DNA of 64,000 bases, from sequence record OM386662.1. The stretch is one strand, 5' to 3'. This document shows positions 59,822 to 64,000 of the stretch, one piece after another; within the stretch, counting starts at the first letter, position 1; each line of letters opens with the position of its first letter. The notes beneath the pieces were generated by a model, which had not been told where the DNA came from, ran no database searches, and was given only the letters and a program-made list of their open reading frames with translations. A program made the translations under genes and the position numbers. This stretch comes from Escherichia phage vB_EcoM_ESCO47.

Positions 59822-60402
59822 TGAAAGCTAGCACATATCTTCAAATTGCTTATTTGATTTCTCAAGAATCAAAATGTTGTTCATGGAAAGTTGGTGCCGT
59901 CATTGAAAAAGATGGACGCATTATCTCTACTGGATATAATGGTTCACCTGCAGGTGGCGTTAACTGTTGCGAACAGGCATCCGAAAATGGTTGGTTGAAG
60001 AATAAACCGAGTCCGGTCATCGTTGCTGGACATAAAGAAGGCACTACGGCATTTGGACGGGCAGATAATTTTGTTTTGGCTAAAGAACATCGAGCGGCTC
60101 ATAGTGCATGGTCTGCTAATAATGAAATCCATGCTGAACTGAATGCAATTTTATTTGCAGCTCGTAAAGGTAATTCTATTGAAGGTGCTACGTTGTATAC
60201 GACGCTTTCTCCGTGTCCTGATTGCACTAAAGCTATTACACAGTCGGGTATTAAAAAGGTTGTATACGCAGAATTATATGACAGATCTCCTGAAAATTGG
60301 GCAGACATTCTTAAACAAGCTGGTATTGAAGTAATTCAGTACTCTCGTAATAATCTTCGTTCTCTGAATTGGGAACAAATCCGAAACTTTTGTGGTGAAT
60401 AA
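59821..60402 (+). CDS. cd: dCMP deaminase
   Basis: 193 aa; zinc-binding HAELNAI and SPCPDCT motifs. Confidence 0.9.
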   Translation: MKASTYLQIAYLISQESKCCSWKVGAVIEKDGRIISTGYNGSPAGGVNCCEQASENGWLKNKPSPVIVAGHKEGTTAFGRADNFVLAKEHRAAHSAWSANNEIHAELNAILFAARKGNSIEGATLYTTLSPCPDCTKAITQSGIKKVVYAELYDRSPENWADILKQAGIEVIQYSRNNLRSLNWEQIRNFCGE

Positions 60403-60403
60403 T

Positions 60404-60700
60404 ATGATTTTAACTGAACAAGAAACTACGGTTCTTCGTGAACGTATTAAAACTATTCTGTCTGTAGGCGTTCATTGTGTTGTATTTGAAAAGGCTAATG
60501 GTGATGTTCGTACGATGTTTGCCTCCCGCGATGAACTTGAAGTCAAATATGAAAATAGAAATCCGGCAACAGAAGTTCGTTCTGAACCTCGTGAATCAGT
60601 TCGAGCATTCGATACCAAGTTAGGTCAGTGGCGTTCTTTTCGCCTTGATAAAGTAATTTCGGTTGATGGTACTCCGGTAGAACGTTTGCTTCTTCTGTAA
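60404..60700 (+). CDS. hypothetical protein (98 aa)
   Basis: ATG 60404 just after cd stop; listed ORF begins at GTG 60392. Confidence 0.5.
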   Translation: MILTEQETTVLRERIKTILSVGVHCVVFEKANGDVRTMFASRDELEVKYENRNPATEVRSEPRESVRAFDTKLGQWRSFRLDKVISVDGTPVERLLLL

Positions 60701-60702
60701 TT

Positions 60703-60727
60703 TGCTTTACGTTTAATATGTTATTAT
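60703..60727 (+). promoter_or_regulatory. candidate MotA-dependent middle promoter upstream of gene 31
   Basis: MotA box core TGCTTTA 60703-60709, 12-bp spacer, -10 TATTAT 60722-60727. Confidence 0.45.
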
Positions 60728-60757
60728 TAATCTATCGTTAAACAAAAAGGAAATAAG

Positions 60758-61090
60758 ATGTCTGAAGTACAACTCCCAATTCGTGCTGTTGGTGAATATG
60801 TTATTCTGGTTTCTGAACCCGCTCAAGCAGGTGATGAAGAAGTTACCGAATCAGGACTTGTGATTGGTAAACGTGTTCAAGGTGAAGTTCCTGAACTATG
60901 TGTAGTTCATTCTGTAGGTCCTGATGTTCCTGAAGGTTTCTGTGAAGTTGGTGATTTGACTCCACTACCAGTTGGACAAATTCGAAATGTTCCACATCCA
61001 TTTGTGGCTTTAGGACTTAAACAACCTAAAGAAATTAAACAGAAATTTGTCACTTGTCATTACAAAGCAATCCCGTGTCTTTATAAGTGA
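60758..61090 (+). CDS. 31: co-chaperonin gp31 (GroES-like)
   Basis: 110 aa; matches T4 gp31 as I recall it. Confidence 0.9.
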   Translation: MSEVQLPIRAVGEYVILVSEPAQAGDEEVTESGLVIGKRVQGEVPELCVVHSVGPDVPEGFCEVGDLTPLPVGQIRNVPHPFVALGLKQPKEIKQKFVTCHYKAIPCLYK

Positions 61091-61098
61091 TATAAATA
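61091..61098 (+). promoter_or_regulatory. late promoter motif (TATAAATA) downstream of gene 31
   Basis: Exact TATAAATA immediately after the gene 31 stop, upstream of the rIII-like gene. Confidence 0.5.
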
Positions 61099-61216
61099 AT
61101 AATATGAATTGAGTTCCAATTCTATGAGGTAGTCTACAACTGAGAGATCTGTCGAAAGAAGATGAAATTCAGAAGAACGTGACTACCAAGTTTTAATCTC
61201 TAACGAGAATTTTTAA

Positions 61217-61465
61217 ATGATTAAACAATTACAACACGCTCTCGAACTGCAACGCTCTGCATGGAACAACGGTCACGAAAACTACGGTGCATCAATTGAT
61301 GTTGAAGCCGAAGCACTGGAAATCCTGCAGTATTTCAAACATCTGAATCCTGTCCAAGCTGATCTTCGTGATGTTCTGGCTCAGAAAGATGAACTGAAAT
61401 ATGCTAAGCCTCTGGCTTCTGCCGCACGTAAAGCAGTTCGTCATTTTGTTATTACTTTGAAATAA
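61217..61465 (+). CDS. rIII: rIII-like lysis inhibition accessory protein
   Basis: 82 aa; position after gene 31; MIKQLQHALELQR... resembles T4 rIII as I recall it. Confidence 0.65.
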   Translation: MIKQLQHALELQRSAWNNGHENYGASIDVEAEALEILQYFKHLNPVQADLRDVLAQKDELKYAKPLASAARKAVRHFVITLK

Positions 61466-61628
61466 TTGCTATCATGCGTCAGCAAAAGGTTAGCTGTGTA
61501 AGTCATGGTAGGTATGATGACAGGTTTATGGTTATCCTGTCGGTAAATATACAAAACCTATGTTCCCCTCGAGGGCTTACGCAGGCAATGTCAATAAGTC
61601 CTGCATTTTCATTTAAAGAGAATTTATA

Positions 61629-61808
61629 ATGGCAAAACAAGCTAAAGCAAAGAAAGCAGTTGAAAAGAAAGTTGATGGTACCTCTAAACGCGCTGGATAC
61701 AAGCGTGGGTCGAACTCTCGTATTAATCAAACCGTTGAGAAGATCATGCGCAGAGCACGTGCAGTTCTTCGAGATGATGCTTCTCGTTTTGGAAAGGTTG
61801 TTGCATAA
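61629..61808 (+). CDS. small basic protein (59 aa)
   Basis: Lys/Arg-rich; followed by a strong terminator; weak RBS; below the ORF-track cutoff. Confidence 0.4.
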   Translation: MAKQAKAKKAVEKKVDGTSKRAGYKRGSNSRINQTVEKIMRRARAVLRDDASRFGKVVA

Positions 61809-61813
61809 TTTTA

Positions 61814-61836
61814 GGGAGACTTCGGTCTCCCTTTTG
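61814..61836 (+). terminator. rho-independent terminator
   Basis: GGGAGAC-TTCG-GTCTCCC then TTTT; same hairpin sequence as at 47685. Confidence 0.75.
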
Positions 61837-61872
61837 TGCGTTTAGGGCAGAAAAAGTTTAAAAAAAAAAGAT

Positions 61873-61902
61873 GTTTACTCTCCTGTAGGATGTGTTACTA
61901 TA
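61873..61902 (+). promoter_or_regulatory. early promoter-like element
   Basis: -35 GTTTAC 61873-61878, -10 TACTAT 61897-61902; ATG at 61943. Confidence 0.5.
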
Positions 61903-61942
61903 GACTTGTACCACCTAATCAATAAAACAACCGGAGAATAAA

Positions 61943-62314
61943 ATGAACACTATCAATTTAAATGCTACAATTAAATGCCGTGACCATGATGGATATAAAT
62001 CTCAAGTTGTTAACGAGTTACAGTGGATGGTTCGTTCAGTTCAAGGTGATGTGGTTTATTGTACAACTCCTGATGGCCCTTCAGACGATTTTTGTTATCA
62101 TATCGAAATCGAAAACTTTTTCACTGGTGAAATTTACCGTCTGAATTCTACAGTTTATGGCTGTATTCGTTCTAAAACTTACGAAGATGAAGAAACTGGT
62201 TACTCTGAAGATGTTGTATGGTACGAAAACGCCAGAAATCGCGCAGAGACATTAATCGAGAAGATTAAAGCAAAAGGTGTTATTGATTCAGCTAAGTGGA
62301 CAAAAATCAAATAA
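61943..62314 (+). CDS. hypothetical protein (123 aa)
   Basis: Promoter element and GGAG RBS upstream. Confidence 0.5.
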   Translation: MNTINLNATIKCRDHDGYKSQVVNELQWMVRSVQGDVVYCTTPDGPSDDFCYHIEIENFFTGEIYRLNSTVYGCIRSKTYEDEETGYSEDVVWYENARNRAETLIEKIKAKGVIDSAKWTKIK

Positions 62315-62318
62315 AAAT

Positions 62319-62358
62319 GTTTACTTTGGTACAGGATATGTTATTATATACCTGTACC
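62319..62358 (+). promoter_or_regulatory. early promoter-like element with inverted repeat
   Basis: -35 GTTTAC 62319-62324, -10 TATTAT 62342-62347; arms GGTACAGG 62328-62335 and CCTGTACC 62351-62358; ATG at 62389. Confidence 0.5.
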
Positions 62359-62388
62359 AACAAACAACTTAAACATCTGGAGAATAAA

Positions 62389-62754
62389 ATGAACTACACC
62401 AACTTCGAACGCAAATATGTTTCTAACGGTATCGCTGGTTCTATTGATACGATTTGCTTATGGAAACATAACAATGGTTCAGTATGTGAAATTGAGCAGT
62501 ATATGACACCTAATTATGTTTATATGCGATTTGAAAATGGTATCACCCTTTCAATTACAATGGAAGGTTCCAACTTCAAAATCGCTCTGGATGATGACTT
62601 CCGTCAACGTGATTTAGGTACTCATCCTTGTTGGAATGGTGATAATCGTAAGCTTCTGGTTAAAACTTGGATTCGCCATATTCTGAGTAATAGAGCTAAA
62701 CCTGAACATCTTGAAGCAATCTTTGATGTAGTTCTTAACGAATTCGATATTTGA
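62389..62754 (+). CDS. hypothetical protein (121 aa)
   Basis: ATG 62389 with GGAG RBS and promoter element upstream; listed ORF start 62296 lies inside that promoter element. Confidence 0.5.
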   Translation: MNYTNFERKYVSNGIAGSIDTICLWKHNNGSVCEIEQYMTPNYVYMRFENGITLSITMEGSNFKIALDDDFRQRDLGTHPCWNGDNRKLLVKTWIRHILSNRAKPEHLEAIFDVVLNEFDI

Positions 62755-62764
62755 TCTAACAAAC

Positions 62765-62780
62765 AGGGGCTTCGGCCCCT
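62765..62780 (+). terminator. terminator-like hairpin
   Basis: AGGGGC-TTCG-GCCCCT; weak T tract. Confidence 0.35.
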
Positions 62781-62795
62781 ATTGAGGAAATTAAA

Positions 62796-62990
62796 ATGAA
62801 TTTATTTGTATCGCAAACTGTCCGGTTAAAAGGCGATGGAATTCCCGGAATGATTTCTAAAGTGTTACCTGCATTTAAATTGGGAGATATTCAGATCAAA
62901 GAAACCTATGTGGTCTTATGGGTAGACGGTACTGAAGATGTTCGTATGGGTTCTGAATTAGCAGTAATCAAATGTTTAAAGCGAGGATAA
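62796..62990 (+). CDS. hypothetical protein (64 aa)
   Basis: GAGGAA RBS upstream. Confidence 0.45.
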   Translation: MNLFVSQTVRLKGDGIPGMISKVLPAFKLGDIQIKETYVVLWVDGTEDVRMGSELAVIKCLKRG

Positions 62991-63115
62991 TATGATTAAG
63001 AAGCTAATCCAAAAATTGCTTGGCACTGAAATAGTTGAAGTTACTTATCGTGTGACTGACGTAAGCCCACGGACCCGAAATATTGGACCGTACTAAAACA
63101 ATTGAGAGATTCATT

Positions 63116-63952
63116 ATGAAACCCGTGATTTTAACCGATATTGATGGAGTATGTTTGAGCTGGCAGTCAGGTCTTCCATATTTTGCACAAAAATATAATC
63201 TGCCTTTAGAACATATCCTTAAAATGATTCAAGACGAAAAGTTTATTGCTCCTGGTAAACTTTTCAATACTGACGATAATCTTGGTAAACAATTAATCGA
63301 AAAATATAATTGTTCTGATTTTATTCGTTATTTAGCTCCATATACTGACGCTTTGCGTGTAATCAATAAGCTCAAATCCGACTACAATTTTGTAGCTGTA
63401 ACGGCTCTAGGTGATTCAATTGATGCCCGTTTGAATAGACAATTTAATCTAAACGCATTGTTCCCTGGCGCTTTCTCAGAAGTTATGATGTGCGGTCATG
63501 ATTCTTCAAAGGAACAATTGTTTAAAAAGGCTAAAGAGAAATATAATATTGTATGTTATGTCGATGATTTGGCTCACCACTGTGACCATGCATCAGAAAT
63601 TCTTAATGTGCCGGTATACTGGTTAGCTCGTGGTGAACGTGATGCAATTCCACGTACTGCACAACGTGTTTATACGTGGGACGATATTGAGCATCGTTTG
63701 GTTCCACCCGAGCATAATTCAGATTCAGATCGTGAAGACCTTTTAAAACGATTGGCGGATTTGCTTAAAGAATCCGGTGCAACAAGTCCAGGTGCGTGGC
63801 CTAATCAAATTGGCGCTCCGTCGAATCCGTATACCTGGCGAACCCCAGGACCAACCGATATGCAGCCTCATTGGCGATACACTAATGTAGGCGAACATCC
63901 TGTTCCTCCGTATTGGGCAGTTCCACAAGGTTACGGCACAACTAAGGGTTAA
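63116..63952 (+). CDS. HAD-family 5'(3')-deoxyribonucleotidase-like protein with Pro/Trp-rich C-terminal extension
   Basis: ATG 63116; VILTDIDGV nucleophile motif; C-terminal 80 aa Pro-rich (PGPTDMQPHWRY...PPYWAVPQGYG). Confidence 0.55.
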   Translation: MKPVILTDIDGVCLSWQSGLPYFAQKYNLPLEHILKMIQDEKFIAPGKLFNTDDNLGKQLIEKYNCSDFIRYLAPYTDALRVINKLKSDYNFVAVTALGDSIDARLNRQFNLNALFPGAFSEVMMCGHDSSKEQLFKKAKEKYNIVCYVDDLAHHCDHASEILNVPVYWLARGERDAIPRTAQRVYTWDDIEHRLVPPEHNSDSDREDLLKRLADLLKESGATSPGAWPNQIGAPSNPYTWRTPGPTDMQPHWRYTNVGEHPVPPYWAVPQGYGTTKG

Positions 63953-64000
63953 TTATGTTTGTAGTTCATGATATTACAGACGGCAAAAACACAACGCGTG

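Overview
This window is a T4-like (Tevenvirinae-type) myovirus genome segment, read in the orientation opposite to the conventional T4 map. No database search was possible; all calls rest on motifs, protein-family recall and T4 gene order. The plus strand carries a near-colinear early/middle gene block: hydroxymethylase (42), uvsX, 40, 41, a hyperplastic small-gene region with imm-like and spackle-like genes, 61, 56 (dCTPase), soc, a Mod-type ADP-ribosyltransferase, dda, dexA, a fused 39/60 topoisomerase subunit, rIIA, rIIB, ndd, 52, motA and asiA. The minus strand carries a late block: holin t and tail-fibre genes 38, 37, 36, 35, 34. The plus strand then continues with rnh, dsbA, 33, 59, 32, frd, td, nrdA, nrdB, denA, rnlA, alc, a spanin pair, pseT, cd, 31 and rIII. 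Genes 42, 56, cd and td indicate hydroxymethyl-cytosine DNA; td and nrdB are uninterrupted and no homing endonuclease was seen. At least 23 copies of an early promoter element with a stem-loop around the -10 box precede genes, alongside MotA-box middle promoters, TATAAATA late promoters and UUCG-loop terminators. The most interesting non-T4 content is: (1) an enzyme block around gene 42 (HAD phosphatase, U32-like Fe-S TIM-barrel protein, TS-fold hydroxymethylase, unknown 299-aa protein, thymidylate-kinase-like kinase), proposed as a candidate nucleotide/DNA hypermodification module; (2) a class I DAHP synthase next to cd; (3) a GT-B glycosyltransferase between gene 39 and rIIA; (4) an antisense two-gene operon of small paralogous membrane proteins between genes 61 and 56. 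The functional link between (1) and (2) is a hypothesis, not a demonstrated system.
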